Shown here piece after piece: positions 1 through 10,786 of a stretch of 64,000 nucleotides of DNA. The stretch's first letter is position 1; each line of letters begins with the position of its first letter. Made by a program: the position numbers and the translations under genes. The notes under the pieces were generated by a model. It was given only the letters and a program-made list of their open reading frames with translations. It was not told the origin of the DNA and ran no database searches. Location of the stretch: assembly GCA_963764625.1 (NCBI GenBank), contig CAVXTH010000003.1, forward strand, positions 32,001 through 96,000, in the 5' to 3' direction. This DNA is from Candidatus Krumholzibacteriota bacterium (GTDB lineage: Bacteria; Krumholzibacteriota; Krumholzibacteriia; JAJRXK01).

Positions 1-2
1 CT

Positions 3-119
3 TGGGCAACTCCCGAGTTGATCCCACTCAAGATCCCCATGTTGGGCAAAGCCGATTCTCTCAACGTCAACGTCTCGGCCGCGATCCTTCTCTTCGAAGC
101 GGTGCGCCAGAGGGCGTGA
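3..119 (+). CDS. TrmH/SpoU-family RNA methyltransferase, 3' end only (truncated by window edge)
   Basis: Frame 3 reads ...LIPLKIPMLGKADSLNVNVSAAILLFEAVRQRA*, the SPOUT motif-3 C-terminus (IPM.G...SLNV..AA.ILLFE..RQR). Not in the ORF track because no start is present. Confidence 0.8.
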   Translation, partial: WATPELIPLKIPMLGKADSLNVNVSAAILLFEAVRQRA

Positions 120-182
120 GTGCAAGCGAGCACGCCCCGCCGCCCCTCTCCAGCTTACATCCTGGGACTCAGAGGGTCGAGT

Positions 183-1650
183 TCAGGCGACGACGGTCTC
201 GATCCGCGCGATCCCGCTGCGCGTGAGTACGATGCGGTAACGCTTGAGCGTCGGGTTTCCCTCGTGCACCAGCCGTGCCACCAGGTTGAGGTGGTATACC
301 CGCGTGCCGTGAATGCGCTGGTAGCCCTCGTCATCCATGATGAACAGCTCCTTCTTGGGATCGTCCATCTTGCGCAGGAACTCCTGGATGTTGAGCCGCA
401 TGATGTCGTTCACGCCCGCGATTTCGTGGTCCGAGAAGATCTGCCGCACCGAGCCGAGGAGAGAGCTGGACGCGCTTGCGGTACAGCAGGGTCTGTTCGC
501 CACCCCATCCGTTCTCGATCTCCGTGATGTGATCGCGATCTCGCATCGAGTGAATCTCCGCCGGGATCTTCCGCTCCGGAACGAATTCACAGCTCTCCCT
601 GCAGAGGCCGACCACGCCGCGCGAGGCGCTCTGGATCTTGGTCTTGTGATCGAAGAGGGCGCGCGTCACCCGTCGCGAGATATAGAGGCGAAGGATATCC
701 TTGATCCGGTCCTTGAAGATGTAGCTGATCACCAGGGCCATGAAGAACGGCGCGGTCAGGGTCCCGTAAACAGATTGCGAGATGAACGCCGCCCCGGTGG
801 CAAAGACCATCGCCAATCCAGCCGCGAGCCCGAACAGAGTTTGCTCGAGCCACACGCCATCCCGCCGTATCTTGGTGTCGAGAAAGAGAATGCTGGCCAT
901 GTACTTCTTGAGGACGCTCCGGCGAAAGACGAGCGTCTCGTTGTCGCGCTCCTCTTCCGGGATCGATGGATAACCGCGGCTCTCGCGATACTGGACTTCG
1001 TTCTCGCTCACCGCCAAGAGCTCCTCCCTCAAATCCTGGCTGAGAGCCTCCGCGAACCCCCGCAAACCCTCGAGCAGGTGAAAGGTGTAGTCCTCGACCA
1101 GCAGACTGATGTACTCGTCACCGAACGAATAGAGCTCGAGCGCACGCTCTTCGATCCCCGGCATCTGGATGAATTTCCGGAGTTCTCGATACTCCGTGGT
1201 GATGGATTGAAGCGCGGTGACGTACTCCTTGACCAGACGCCGGCGATCCTCGCGGCGTTCGGTCCTCAGGATGTATTTCACGAAATCGCGCGTCGCGCTC
1301 TTCAGGATGCAACAGAAGATCTTGATCTCGTTTTCGAACGAGTGGGGAAGCCGCACCGGAAGTGCGTTCTCCACCGCCTCGATAGTGCTCCGCAGGAGTC
1401 CCATGGGACTCCGCGGCCCCCGGTCGATCAATAGCAACGGCACCAGGGGAGTCTTCAGTCGAATGTAGGTCTGCAGATCGGTGTAGAACTGTTGCTTGGA
1501 ATAGGTCGAGGGATTGATGCCCAGACTTCTGGGTGCATAGAGATAAAGATCGAGCTCGTACGAGGTGGACCTGACCTCTTCCGGAAGGGTATACCCCAAC
1601 TTCAGTTCGATCTGATAGCGGTCATGAATCCCAATCGACGCTTCCAGCAC
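183..1650 (-). CDS. Conserved hypothetical membrane protein, one frameshift near 450
   Basis: ORF 331..1650 (IHDRYQIELKL..., two hydrophobic helices FGLAAGLAMVFA / FFMALVISYIFKDRIK) becomes nonsensical after RKRVQLSPR. The protein-like tail VRQIFSDHEIAG...RYRIVLTRSGIARIE* continues in ORF 183..590 after removing one base. Confidence 0.7.
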
Positions 1651-1680
1651 GTTCTTCTCGCTCCGTTCCCATCGAGTCTA

Positions 1681-1720
1681 AAAAGAAAATGCGCCCCACC
1701 CTCGCGAAAGAGTGGGGCGC
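1681..1720 (-). terminator. Rho-independent terminator downstream of the DUF1579-like gene
   Basis: GCGCCCCAC...GTGGGGCGC stem-loop (1691-1720) followed on the minus strand by ATTTTCTTTT. Confidence 0.75.
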
Positions 1721-1740
1721 CTCACTTTCCGCGGTTACTC

Positions 1741-2274
1741 TCAGCTCTTGCGGCGATAGGTCATCTTCATGTTAGTCATCCAGGTCTTGCCCTGATCCAT
1801 GGACACCGACATCTCCAAGTACACTTCGTCGTCGCCCCTCTTTTCACCCCACGCTTTCGTCAGCTGGGTCCGACCCATCATCATGTCCTCGCCGGACATC
1901 ATGAGTTTTCCGTCCTTGAAGTTGCCGGCCATCTTGGACATGTGGGCCGACATCGTATCGACCCAGTACGATTCGTACTGGCCCGTCTCGCGGTTGAAGG
2001 TGTCGAGTCCGACTCCCTTGAACGGCATTCCCATGACTTGGCTCGTGAAATCCATTCTCTGCATGCATCCATCGAGGGTGGATACGACGCTGGCTTCACC
2101 GGTGTACGATTCCCAGTCCGCCGAGGGATCCATTCTCGCCTGCATGTCCACCGTCCACTCCCCTTGCATGAAAGCGATGTCCTTCATCTGCGCGGGCGGA
2201 CCCATGGGAGGCATGGTGGCGTCGCTCTCCTCGGCCTGGGCCGGGATGTGAAAGGACACCATCGAGAAGAACAC
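1741..2274 (-). CDS. DUF1579-like secreted beta-barrel protein; true start probably ATG ~2383 via a frameshift
   Basis: M.G.W.V...GEA......G........GMPFKGVG...FN..TG.YES.WVDTM...M pattern. A hydrophobic signal LAWIGFLAVVSLVFF lies upstream in frame, and a GGAGA RBS precedes an out-of-frame ATG at ~2383. Confidence 0.7.
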   Translation of the reverse strand: MFFSMVSFHIPAQAEESDATMPPMGPPAQMKDIAFMQGEWTVDMQARMDPSADWESYTGEASVVSTLDGCMQRMDFTSQVMGMPFKGVGLDTFNRETGQYESYWVDTMSAHMSKMAGNFKDGKLMMSGEDMMMGRTQLTKAWGEKRGDDEVYLEMSVSMDQGKTWMTNMKMTYRRKS

Positions 2275-2477
2275 GAGGGAAACGACCGCAAGGAATCCGA
2301 TCCACGCAAGAGCGCGGTGAGCGCCCTGAGCTCCATGAGCCCATGGAGTTTCGTAGTCGCATCGATCGCATCCAACTGATCATTGGAGTCTCCATTCAGC
2401 TCGGGGGATGAAGGCCAGTACGAGAGCCTAGCTTAGCTGGCCCTCCATTTCATCTCATACTTTGGGCCGAGTCGCAA

Positions 2478-5400
2478 TCAGGCGTTGAAATAGCGCGCCG
2501 CGGGGTGATGGAACACCATTGCGGATACACTCGCCTCGGGGCTCATCATAAAGCCCTCGCTCAGTTCCACCCCGATCTCCTCGGGACGAAGCAGGCGAAA
2601 TAACTCGCCCTGCGACTCCAAATCGGGACAAGCCGGGTACCCGAAGCTGTACCGCTTGCCCCGGTACTTGGCCTGGAAGCGCTGCGCCATGGTCATCTCC
2701 TCCGGATCCGGAAAGCCCCACAATGCGCGCAGCTTGCCGTGCAACCACTCCGCCGCCGCCTCGGCCGTTTCCAGCGCCAGCGCGGCCAACACGTGACTTC
2801 GCAGGTATTCCCCCGCCTCCTTCAGGGCCGCGCTCTCATTCAGGATTCCCGCCCCCGCCGTCACCACGAAAAGGGCCACATGGTCGCGACGCCCCTCGCG
2901 CGGCGCAAGGACGAAGTCGGCCAGGCAGAGTCCCTCCCCCGTCCTTTGCCGTGGGAATTGCCAGCTGGCCAGAGCTTCCCCACTGCCGGTGCGCTCCTGA
3001 GCAAAGAGGCGGATCTCCTCACCGCTTGCCTCCGCGGAAAAGAACTGCCACACCGCCTGCACTCGCATGCTTCCCTCGCGGCACTCCTCCTGGACCGCGT
3101 GCACGACTTCCTCGAGCTTGCGCGCTTTCCCATCCCCCGCATCCCGCTTCCTCGTAAAATTGCCTATGAAGCCGAGGTGCTTGCCGTACAGCATCTGCGG
3201 ATTGAGGTAGGACCAGATCTCGTCCAGATCCTCTGAGCTCTCCAGGTGGCGGTCCAGGTCGGGAACTTCGGGGGTAGCGTCCAGAGCGAACACGCTCCTG
3301 TCGCGCGGCGCCGGTTTCGCCGCGGCGGAAGCCTCGTCGCTCGCATCGCTCTCGCCGCGGGCGGCGCGAAACGCCTTCGCCCTCTCCTCCTGTTCCGCCA
3401 GCACCGGACCGGGGCCCTGTTGGCCCAAGGCCCGTTGGAAAAGATCGAGCCCTCCCATCGCATCCTTGGCGTAGAGCGTGGGGCCGGAATAGGCGGGCGC
3501 GATCCGCTCGCGCGTGAAGCGCGAGGAAAGCGCAGCACCGCCCACGAACAGCGGCAGATCGATTCCCGCCTCCTTCAGATCTTGCGCGGTCACCACCATC
3601 TGCTGGGCGCTCTTCACCAACAGTCCCGAAAGTCCGATGGCCGCCGGCTTCTCGCGTTGCACCGCCTGGACCAGGGTTTCCGGAGCCACCTTGATGCCCA
3701 GATTCACCACCTGAAAACCATTGTTGCTCAGGATGATGTCCACCAGGTTCTTCCCGATGTCGTGAACGTCTCCCTTCACCGTGGCCAAGAGCACCTTGCC
3801 GCGGCTAGCGCTGTCCTTCTTCTCCATGAACTGCTCGAGGTGCGTGACCGCGGCTTTCATGGCCTCGGCGCTCTGCAACACCTCGGCCACGATCAACTGA
3901 TTGTCGTTGAAGAGACGTCCGACTTCCGCCATCCCGTCCATCAGGGGACCGTTGATGATGTCGAGCGGCTTGCTCTCCTTGCGCTTCAACTCCAGATCGG
4001 CGACGAGTCCCTCCTTGCTTCCCTCGATGATGTAGCGCTGCAGTCGCTCATCGAGCGGCAGCTCGGCGGAGGGAACGCGGCTGCGGCTCTTGGCGCCCCT
4101 GAAGTGAGCCGCGAACGCGGCCACCGGATCTTCGGTGCGGTTGAATAGCAGATCCTCGGCCAGCTCCAGCTCCTCTTGCGGAATGGAGGCATATCGCTCG
4201 AGTTTCTGAGAGTTCACGATGGCCAGGTCGAGACCGGCCTTCGTGCAGTGGTACAGGAACACCGCGTTGAGAACTTCCCTTCCTGCGGTGGGAAGCCCGA
4301 AGCTCACGTTGCTGATCCCCAGGATGGTCCGGCAGTGTGGGAACGCCTCCTTGATGAGACGCAATCCCTCCACCGTTTCGCGCGCGCTCCCCACGTACGA
4401 CTCGTCGCCCGTGCCACAGGGAAAGGTCAGAGGATCGAAAATGATGTCTTCGTCGCGTAGACCGTATTTTTGCGTGAGCAGTTCGCGGCTGCGCCGCGCG
4501 ATCTCCAGTTTCCGCTGACGCGTGACCGCCATCCCCTGCTCGGGATCTTCGTCGATGCAGCCGACCACCACCGCGGCGCCATACCGGTGCACTAAGGGCA
4601 GCACCTGTTCGAAGCGGCTCTCCCCGTCCTCGAGATTGATCGAGTTGAGGATGGATTTCCCCTGACAGTAGGGCAGTGCGATCTCGAAGACTTCCCGGTC
4701 GGTGCTGTCGATCATCAGGGGAAGCTTCACTCTCTTGATGACCTCTTCGAGAAAGGCTCTCATGTTCTGGCGTTCGTCGGCGTCGGGATCCGCCAGACAG
4801 ATATCGAGAATTTGGGCTCCCGCCTTGGCCTGCGCGCGCGCGATTTCGCTCGCCTCTTCGAATTTTCCCTCGGCGATGAGCCGCTTGAAGCGCCGACTTC
4901 CGATGACGTTCGTTCTCTCTCCCACGAGCAGAGGACGGTTGTCCGCGGTGGACTCCACCAGATCGATTCCAGAGTAGAGGGCGCGGGAATGTTCGGGCAC
5001 TCTACGGGGCGTCTTCCCGGAGACCATCTTCGCGATGGCCTCGATGTGCTCCGGAGTGGTTCCGCAGCATCCCCCCACCAGATTCACCCAACCCTCTGCC
5101 ACGAAGCGACTCAGCTCGTGGGCCATCAGGCTCGGACTCTCGGGGTAGTTCCCATCGGTGTCGGGCAGACCAGCGTTGGGGTGCACACTGACGCGCGTGC
5201 GTGCGATCTCGCTCATCGAACGGAGAGAATCGGTCATGAACGTCGGTCCGGTGGCACAGTTCAGGCCGATGGCCAAAAGGTCGAAGTGCGCCATGGAGGC
5301 CACGAAGGCCTCCGCGGTCTGGCCGGCCAACATGGTCCCGGTGGCTTCGATGGTTCCCGAGAGAATGATCGGGAGCTCGATCCCGCTCTTTCCGAAGGCC

Positions 5401-5948
5401 CTTTGTGCGCCCAGAATCGCCGCTTTCGCATTGCGCGAGTCCTGTTGCGTCTCCACCAGCAGAAGGTCGGCTCCTCCTTCGATCAATCCCATCGCCTGCT
5501 CGAAGAAGTGGTCGAGCAACTCCTGGAAGGTCACGCCGCCGGTGACGCTGATGGCCTTGGTGGTGGGCCCCATGCTGCCCGCGACGAAGCGTGGGCCGGT
5601 GGAGAAAAACTCCTCGCAGGCCTGTCGTGCGAGTTGCGCCGCTTTCTGGTTCAGCTCGCGACAGCGCTCGGCGAGGCCGTACTCGGCCAGGACCAACGGC
5701 GTGCCCCCGAAGGTGTCGGTCTCGACGATGTCCGCGCCGGCGCGCAGGTACCCGCGATGGATGTCCAGAATGAGGTCGGGGCGGGTGTCGACCAGGATTT
5801 CGGGACAGCCTTCCTGTGCCGGCCCACCGTAGTCGTCTTCGTTCAGCTCGGCGGCTTGGATGGCGGTGCCCATGGCACCATCGAGTACGAGGATTCTCTC
5901 ATCGAGCAGGCGCTTCAAGAGGGGGGTAGATTCACGGAACTTCACCAC
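2478..5948 (-). CDS. metH: Cobalamin-dependent methionine synthase
   Basis: LDGAMGT, GGCCGTTPEHI (Hcy/Zn), GERTN pterin domain, ATVKGDVHDIGKN B12 motif, RYSFGYPACPD activation domain; 1156 aa. Confidence 0.97.
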   Translation of the reverse strand: MVKFRESTPLLKRLLDERILVLDGAMGTAIQAAELNEDDYGGPAQEGCPEILVDTRPDLILDIHRGYLRAGADIVETDTFGGTPLVLAEYGLAERCRELNQKAAQLARQACEEFFSTGPRFVAGSMGPTTKAISVTGGVTFQELLDHFFEQAMGLIEGGADLLLVETQQDSRNAKAAILGAQRAFGKSGIELPIILSGTIEATGTMLAGQTAEAFVASMAHFDLLAIGLNCATGPTFMTDSLRSMSEIARTRVSVHPNAGLPDTDGNYPESPSLMAHELSRFVAEGWVNLVGGCCGTTPEHIEAIAKMVSGKTPRRVPEHSRALYSGIDLVESTADNRPLLVGERTNVIGSRRFKRLIAEGKFEEASEIARAQAKAGAQILDICLADPDADERQNMRAFLEEVIKRVKLPLMIDSTDREVFEIALPYCQGKSILNSINLEDGESRFEQVLPLVHRYGAAVVVGCIDEDPEQGMAVTRQRKLEIARRSRELLTQKYGLRDEDIIFDPLTFPCGTGDESYVGSARETVEGLRLIKEAFPHCRTILGISNVSFGLPTAGREVLNAVFLYHCTKAGLDLAIVNSQKLERYASIPQEELELAEDLLFNRTEDPVAAFAAHFRGAKSRSRVPSAELPLDERLQRYIIEGSKEGLVADLELKRKESKPLDIINGPLMDGMAEVGRLFNDNQLIVAEVLQSAEAMKAAVTHLEQFMEKKDSASRGKVLLATVKGDVHDIGKNLVDIILSNNGFQVVNLGIKVAPETLVQAVQREKPAAIGLSGLLVKSAQQMVVTAQDLKEAGIDLPLFVGGAALSSRFTRERIAPAYSGPTLYAKDAMGGLDLFQRALGQQGPGPVLAEQEERAKAFRAARGESDASDEASAAAKPAPRDRSVFALDATPEVPDLDRHLESSEDLDEIWSYLNPQMLYGKHLGFIGNFTRKRDAGDGKARKLEEVVHAVQEECREGSMRVQAVWQFFSAEASGEEIRLFAQERTGSGEALASWQFPRQRTGEGLCLADFVLAPREGRRDHVALFVVTAGAGILNESAALKEAGEYLRSHVLAALALETAEAAAEWLHGKLRALWGFPDPEEMTMAQRFQAKYRGKRYSFGYPACPDLESQGELFRLLRPEEIGVELSEGFMMSPEASVSAMVFHHPAARYFNA

Positions 5949-5975
5949 GACCTTCCGGCTGATGTTCTGGGCGGC

Positions 5976-6826
5976 TCAGAGCGAATCGACGGGCGCCGGT
6001 ACCATCTGCGAGTCAGCGGGCGCCATCTGCGAGTCAGGGGCGCGGTGCCATCGGCGAGTCACCAGTCTTCACCGCACCGCTTTCGGAGAGCAGGAACTGG
6101 TAGAGCTGCCCGACGGCGCACGCGTTGGCCCGCTTGAGGGCGGCCGGGAGGAAACGTTCCGCCAGCTTCTTGTCGTCCCTGGCGGAAATGGAGATCGAAA
6201 CCTTTTTCTGCTCCGAACCGGTGCAAGTCGTGCTCCAGACCAGCTCGTCGGTCTTCTGGTCCCGAAGTTCGAGGTGGAGCTCGACGATGCCTTCGGTCTC
6301 CGTCGGCAGCGGAATGAAGGTTCCCAGCACGACTCCCACCAGGCCCACCTTGATCCCGTGGCCCACGTCAGCTCCGGCCCCGGCCGCGAAGCCGATGCCG
6401 ATGCCCGCCAGAATCGGTACCGCGAACTGCTTTCCACTGCGCTTGAGCTTCGTCGTCATGCTCAAGACCTGCGTGTGCAGCAGGAAGTCGGCGTTCTCCG
6501 GGTTCTGCACCAAACGCGCCACGCGCGTGCTCAAGATATCCTGCATCAGCGCCCGTCGCACTACGCTGACGATGGGAACGTCGAGCCGGTCGTCGGCCGG
6601 AAATCGCAAACTGACAAAGGCTCCCTTGCCCTCGCGCTCCTTCTGGGAGCGCAAATCGGCCGGTTGCGCCACGTAGAGCGAGGTCGCCGGCCGCTCCTCG
6701 AAGATGTTGGCCGACTCCTTGGGGTAGCGAAGGACGACGGTATAGCGCGCGCACCCGGCCAGTCCGGCCACGATCAAGATGAGCCCGAAGAGAGCTAACG
6801 GTGGATTTCCAATTCAATGGACTCAT
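5976..6826 (-). CDS. Putative lipoprotein (core ORF 6034..6777; probable frameshifts near 6800 and 6042)
   Basis: Lipobox LAGC after hydrophobic LALFGLILIVAG; internal glycine-zipper-like hairpin. An ATG with RBS at 6826 is out of frame, and a DSxMxPA repeat tail continues in a shifted frame to TGA at 5976. Confidence 0.6.
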
Positions 6827-6863
6827 CCCTTCCGGCCCGCGCGTTCGAAGTACGGTGTCCTCC

Positions 6864-7613
6864 TCAGAGCTCCAGCGTCATGCCATCGGAAGCCAGGACG
6901 ACTTCACCATCGTAGTGATTGCGCACCTCCCGCTCGACCACCGCTGGATCCGTGCGCGGATAGAGGTGTGTGATCACGAGCTTGTCCACCTGCGCCGCGC
7001 GAGCGATTTGTCCCAGGCGACTGGGCGCCATGTGGGCCGCCTCCGCCATCGCGTCGGTGAACGAGCACTCGGAGATCAAGATATTGGCTCCCTTGGCCAG
7101 ATTCAAGAGGCCCTCCCCGCGCTCGGTGTCGCCGGTGTACACCACGCTCTTTCCCTCGCTGTCCACGCGATAGCCCAAATTGGCCATGCTGCCGTGATCG
7201 AGGAAGGCGGTGCTGATCTTGGCCCCCCCCTCTTCGAACTCGCATTCCTCCGCTTCCCGCAGGTGAAGCGGGTAGGAAGGATCGAGCCATTTCCAGCCGC
7301 GCCGCAGATTCTCCAACAGGTTCGAAAGCCCTTCGGGAGCCGTAATGTGGAGAGGCTCGGTGCGCGCGGGCTGGGGCGCGTAGCGCAACGCGAAGAGCAG
7401 AGGAACGAGATCGCAGCAGTGGTCGGGATGCAAATGGGTCAGATGGAGGTACTTCAGGGCCAGGGGATCCAGCCCCGCTTCCGCGTAGCGATTGAGCACT
7501 CCCCGTCCCAGGTCGAATCCCAGGAGTTCGCCCTGCGTTTCCACCGCCAGACCGGCCGACGCTTGATGAGCGACCGGGTGGAGAGTTCCCGTACCGAGAA
7601 TGATGATCTTCAC
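6864..7613 (-). CDS. MBL-fold metallohydrolase, RNase Z/BN-like
   Basis: VKIIILGTGT start, THLHPDH metal motif, YTGDT, ECSF, HM, THLYP. Confidence 0.85.
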   Translation of the reverse strand: MKIIILGTGTLHPVAHQASAGLAVETQGELLGFDLGRGVLNRYAEAGLDPLALKYLHLTHLHPDHCCDLVPLLFALRYAPQPARTEPLHITAPEGLSNLLENLRRGWKWLDPSYPLHLREAEECEFEEGGAKISTAFLDHGSMANLGYRVDSEGKSVVYTGDTERGEGLLNLAKGANILISECSFTDAMAEAAHMAPSRLGQIARAAQVDKLVITHLYPRTDPAVVEREVRNHYDGEVVLASDGMTLEL

Positions 7614-7725
7614 TTCGATGGTCCTTTCGCATTGACGGGGCGGATCGCGATTTCCGCTCCCACTTGAATCCCCAGAGTCTCTGCCGCGCTCGTGTTTCGC
7701 AACGTGAAATCGTAGCTGAAGGCGA

Positions 7726-9744
7726 TCATCCCCCATCACCTACCGGCCGGCCCACGAAACGAATGAGCGCGGCCACCGCCGCGATCGCCAGTGGCAAGCT
7801 AATCCACGGACTGATACTGAAGCCGGCGGGCAGAGTCCCCAAAAGGATCGTGAGTCCGCCCGCGCTCAGCGCGTAAGGAAGCTGCGTGCGCACATGATCG
7901 ATGTGATCACTGCCCGATGCCATCGAAGACATGATCGTGGTATCGCTGATCGGCGAACAGTGATCTCCCCACACCGACCCACCCAGGACGGCGGCGATGC
8001 TCGCCACCAGGATCCCCTGCGCGTGCGGCGCCGGCAGATGGGCCAGCTCGGGCAAACGGTGCGCCAGGGGAATGACGATCGGCATCAGGATCGCCATCGA
8101 AGCCCATGAGGTGCCGGTGGAGAACGCGATGAACGCGGCCACCGCGAAGGTGACGCTGGGGAGCAGCTGCGCCGGGAGATTTCCGGTGGTCCAGTCCACC
8201 ACCACCGGACCCGTTCCCAGTTCGGAGCACACGTCTTTGATCGACCAGGCGAGCACGAGGATGATGAGCGCCGCCATCATCGCCTTGCACCCTCCCACCC
8301 ACGCATCGACCGCGCGATGCAGGCTCAGGCTGCGCCCGCCGACCGCCAGCCCGATGGCGGTGATGGAGCCCGCGATCGCGGCCCAGAACAGGGCGCGCGC
8401 CGGGTCCGCGTGCGAAAAGAACTCGCGCAGCGGCATCTCGGCCAATCCCGCCACGCCTAGCTGGGCGATCAACTGCTGCCTTCCGTCCCAGAACAGTCCC
8501 ACCAGCGAGGCCAGCAGCAAGACGAGCACGGGAACCACCGCTCGATGCGCCCGTGAATTGGGCGCGTCGTTTTCGTTGAGCTGCTCCGCCACCTCATCCA
8601 TCAGCGGACTCGCGCCCTCGCGCACCACCTGGCCCAAGTGCCGAGCGCGGCGTTCCGCTTTCAGCATGGGACCGAAGTCGCGGTCCATGAGAGCCACCAG
8701 AAGCACGAACGCGATGGCCAGCCAGGAATAGGTGGAGTAGGGAATGCTTTGGATGAAGATCGCGTAGGCCGATCCTCCGTCGCTCCCGATCTCCTGCAAG
8801 CCCTCCCGGATGAGACTCACCTGATAGCCCACCCAGGTCGAAATCAGTGCCACCGTGGTCACTGGCGCGGCGGTCGAGTCCACGATGTAGGAGAGTTTCT
8901 CGCGGCTGACCCGCATGCGATCGGTGATCGGGCGCATGGTGTTTCCCACCACGAGGGTATTCGTGTAGTCGTCGAAGAAGATGAGGAGCCCCAAGAACCA
9001 GCTCATGACCTGAGCGCTCTTTACTCCGCGGATGAGATGGCTCACCCGATCGACCACTCCCTGCGTCCCGCCGCTGCGGGCCATCACTCCGACCATGCCC
9101 CCCATACTCGCGGTGAACAGGATGATGGTCGCCTGGAAGGGGTCCGCGAGTGCGCCCACGATGTAGACGTCCAGGGTGTGCAGAAGGCCCAGGAACGGAC
9201 TGCCCACCAGGATCCACGCGCCCACCCAGATTCCCGCCGCCAGGGCCAGGACCACCTGGCGGAAGATGAGCGCCAGCACGATCGCCAAAAGCGGGGGCAC
9301 CACCACCATCCACTGGGGCGCCGCCTTCAGACTGCCCTGAACCTGCTCTCCGTCGCCAAGGCGCAGCGTGAACCCACCGTGCCCTTTCACCACGAGCACA
9401 TCGTTCAGCGACACCACGCCCGCGCCGTCGGTGGTGAGGGTCCAGTTCGAATCCGCTTCTGATCCGCTCCAGTCCCCGTGGGGGGTGATCTTGACTGTCC
9501 GGTGCACGAGGGGGCGGGCGTGATCGTCGGAGAGAACGAGACGCGCCGTGCCGGTGCGTCCGTGGAGGATCTTCGTCTCGCTCTCCACTCTCAGGTGCAG
9601 ACCGGCGGCTGCCAGTTCCGGACGTGTCGAATCGGCGGGGCTGGTGGTGGCGTCCGCCTCGCGCGCCGCCAAGCAGAGGAGAAGTCCCACTCCCAGCAGC
9701 GTCCGGGTACGAGAAAGCCACGAGGCGAACTGCGGGGAGAACAC
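7726..9744 (-). CDS. Na+/H+ antiporter NhaC-family transporter with N-terminal soluble extension
   Basis: IFFDDY, REKLSYIVDSTAAP, FSTGTSW, GDHCSPISDTTIMSS, HVRTQLPYA. Confidence 0.9.
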   Translation of the reverse strand: MFSPQFASWLSRTRTLLGVGLLLCLAAREADATTSPADSTRPELAAAGLHLRVESETKILHGRTGTARLVLSDDHARPLVHRTVKITPHGDWSGSEADSNWTLTTDGAGVVSLNDVLVVKGHGGFTLRLGDGEQVQGSLKAAPQWMVVVPPLLAIVLALIFRQVVLALAAGIWVGAWILVGSPFLGLLHTLDVYIVGALADPFQATIILFTASMGGMVGVMARSGGTQGVVDRVSHLIRGVKSAQVMSWFLGLLIFFDDYTNTLVVGNTMRPITDRMRVSREKLSYIVDSTAAPVTTVALISTWVGYQVSLIREGLQEIGSDGGSAYAIFIQSIPYSTYSWLAIAFVLLVALMDRDFGPMLKAERRARHLGQVVREGASPLMDEVAEQLNENDAPNSRAHRAVVPVLVLLLASLVGLFWDGRQQLIAQLGVAGLAEMPLREFFSHADPARALFWAAIAGSITAIGLAVGGRSLSLHRAVDAWVGGCKAMMAALIILVLAWSIKDVCSELGTGPVVVDWTTGNLPAQLLPSVTFAVAAFIAFSTGTSWASMAILMPIVIPLAHRLPELAHLPAPHAQGILVASIAAVLGGSVWGDHCSPISDTTIMSSMASGSDHIDHVRTQLPYALSAGGLTILLGTLPAGFSISPWISLPLAIAAVAALIRFVGRPVGDGG

Positions 9745-9838
9745 GGTGGTCTAGAACTCCAACGGGGGGCCGAGGGACTCGGCTTCAGGGAAGCGCTCCA
9801 AGTCCTTGACAATACGAGAGCTTAATCATTGCTGCGGA

Positions 9839-9866
9839 AGTGTAGCGGAGTGGCCGGACGGGTCAA
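9839..9866 (-). promoter_or_regulatory. Putative sigma70 promoter for the NhaC gene
   Basis: TTGACC-16 nt-TACACT on the minus strand, ~95 nt upstream of GTG 9744. Confidence 0.5.
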
Positions 9867-9889
9867 GTCTCAGCTTCTCAGGCCTTAGC

Positions 9890-10786
9890 TCAAGTCTTCT
9901 GGCTGTCTTCGTCGCGCGCGGGCGTCAGCGGAACCGCGCCTTCGAAGGGCTCGCCCAGAGGCCAGTGTTCGGGCTGCTGATGGGCATCGTGAAGCATCGC
10001 CAAAAGCTGGGGATGCAGCGCCGGGCCCGCGGCCGCGATCCGCCCCGACCACAGAAAGTGGGGTCCGCCCTCATAGTCGCTGACCTGCGCCCCCGCTTCC
10101 GTCGCGATCAGGGTCCCCGCCGCCACGTCCCACGGCTTGAGGGTGGCCTCCCAAAAGCCGTCGAGACGACCGGCCGCCAGATAGCAGAGATCCAGGGCCG
10201 CGCTGCCCGCACGACGCACGCCCTGCGCGCGAGCCAGGGCCTCGGCCACGCAGCGGAGATTCATGCGGCAGTCGGACCCGCGCCGGTAGGGAAAGCCGGT
10301 CGCCAGCAGCGCCTCCTTCAAGTTCGAGCACGGGCGGAGGCGGAGAGGACGGGCCTTTCTGCGAGCACTTGGATTCTCTAAAGTCGCTCCCTCACCTTTA
10401 GTTGCAAGAAACAGCTCATCCAAAGCTGGAGCATAGACCACTCCGGCCACCGCCGCTCCCTTCACCCAACCCCCGATGGAAATCGCGTGGAAGGGATGGC
10501 CGTGCACGAAGTTGGTGGTGCCGTCGAGCGGATCCACGTACCAGCAGGCCTTGCCCTCCTCCACCTCGTCGCGCGCCCTTCCCTCCTCGCTGAAGACGGA
10601 CCATTCGGCAAAGCGCGCGCGCAGGGCTTCCACCAGAATCCTCTCGAGCGCCAGGTCGACTTCGGTGACCAGATCCACCGGACCCTTGGTCGACACTTTC
10701 AGGTGCGTGCGCTCCTCCAACAGCTCACGACCCGCCCGCAACACGAGATCCCGCAAGAACGAGCGAAGCTCTGCGCCGCTGCTCAT
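9890..10786 (-). CDS. suhB: Inositol monophosphatase family protein
   Basis: DLVTEVD, SEE, WYVDPLDGTTNFVHG, RRAGSAALDL, WDVAAG. Confidence 0.9.
   Translation of the reverse strand: MSSGAELRSFLRDLVLRAGRELLEERTHLKVSTKGPVDLVTEVDLALERILVEALRARFAEWSVFSEEGRARDEVEEGKACWYVDPLDGTTNFVHGHPFHAISIGGWVKGAAVAGVVYAPALDELFLATKGEGATLENPSARRKARPLRLRPCSNLKEALLATGFPYRRGSDCRMNLRCVAEALARAQGVRRAGSAALDLCYLAAGRLDGFWEATLKPWDVAAGTLIATEAGAQVSDYEGGPHFLWSGRIAAAGPALHPQLLAMLHDAHQQPEHWPLGEPFEGAVPLTPARDEDSQKT

Noticed and set aside
6002-6062. Three 15-bp repeats (CCATCTGCGAGTCAG-like) just upstream of metH; possible operator or mini-CRISPR
   Set aside because: With one indel corrected they encode a DSPMAPAP-DSQMAPA-DSQMVPAP tail of the upstream lipoprotein ending at TGA 5976. 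The spacers are far too short for CRISPR.
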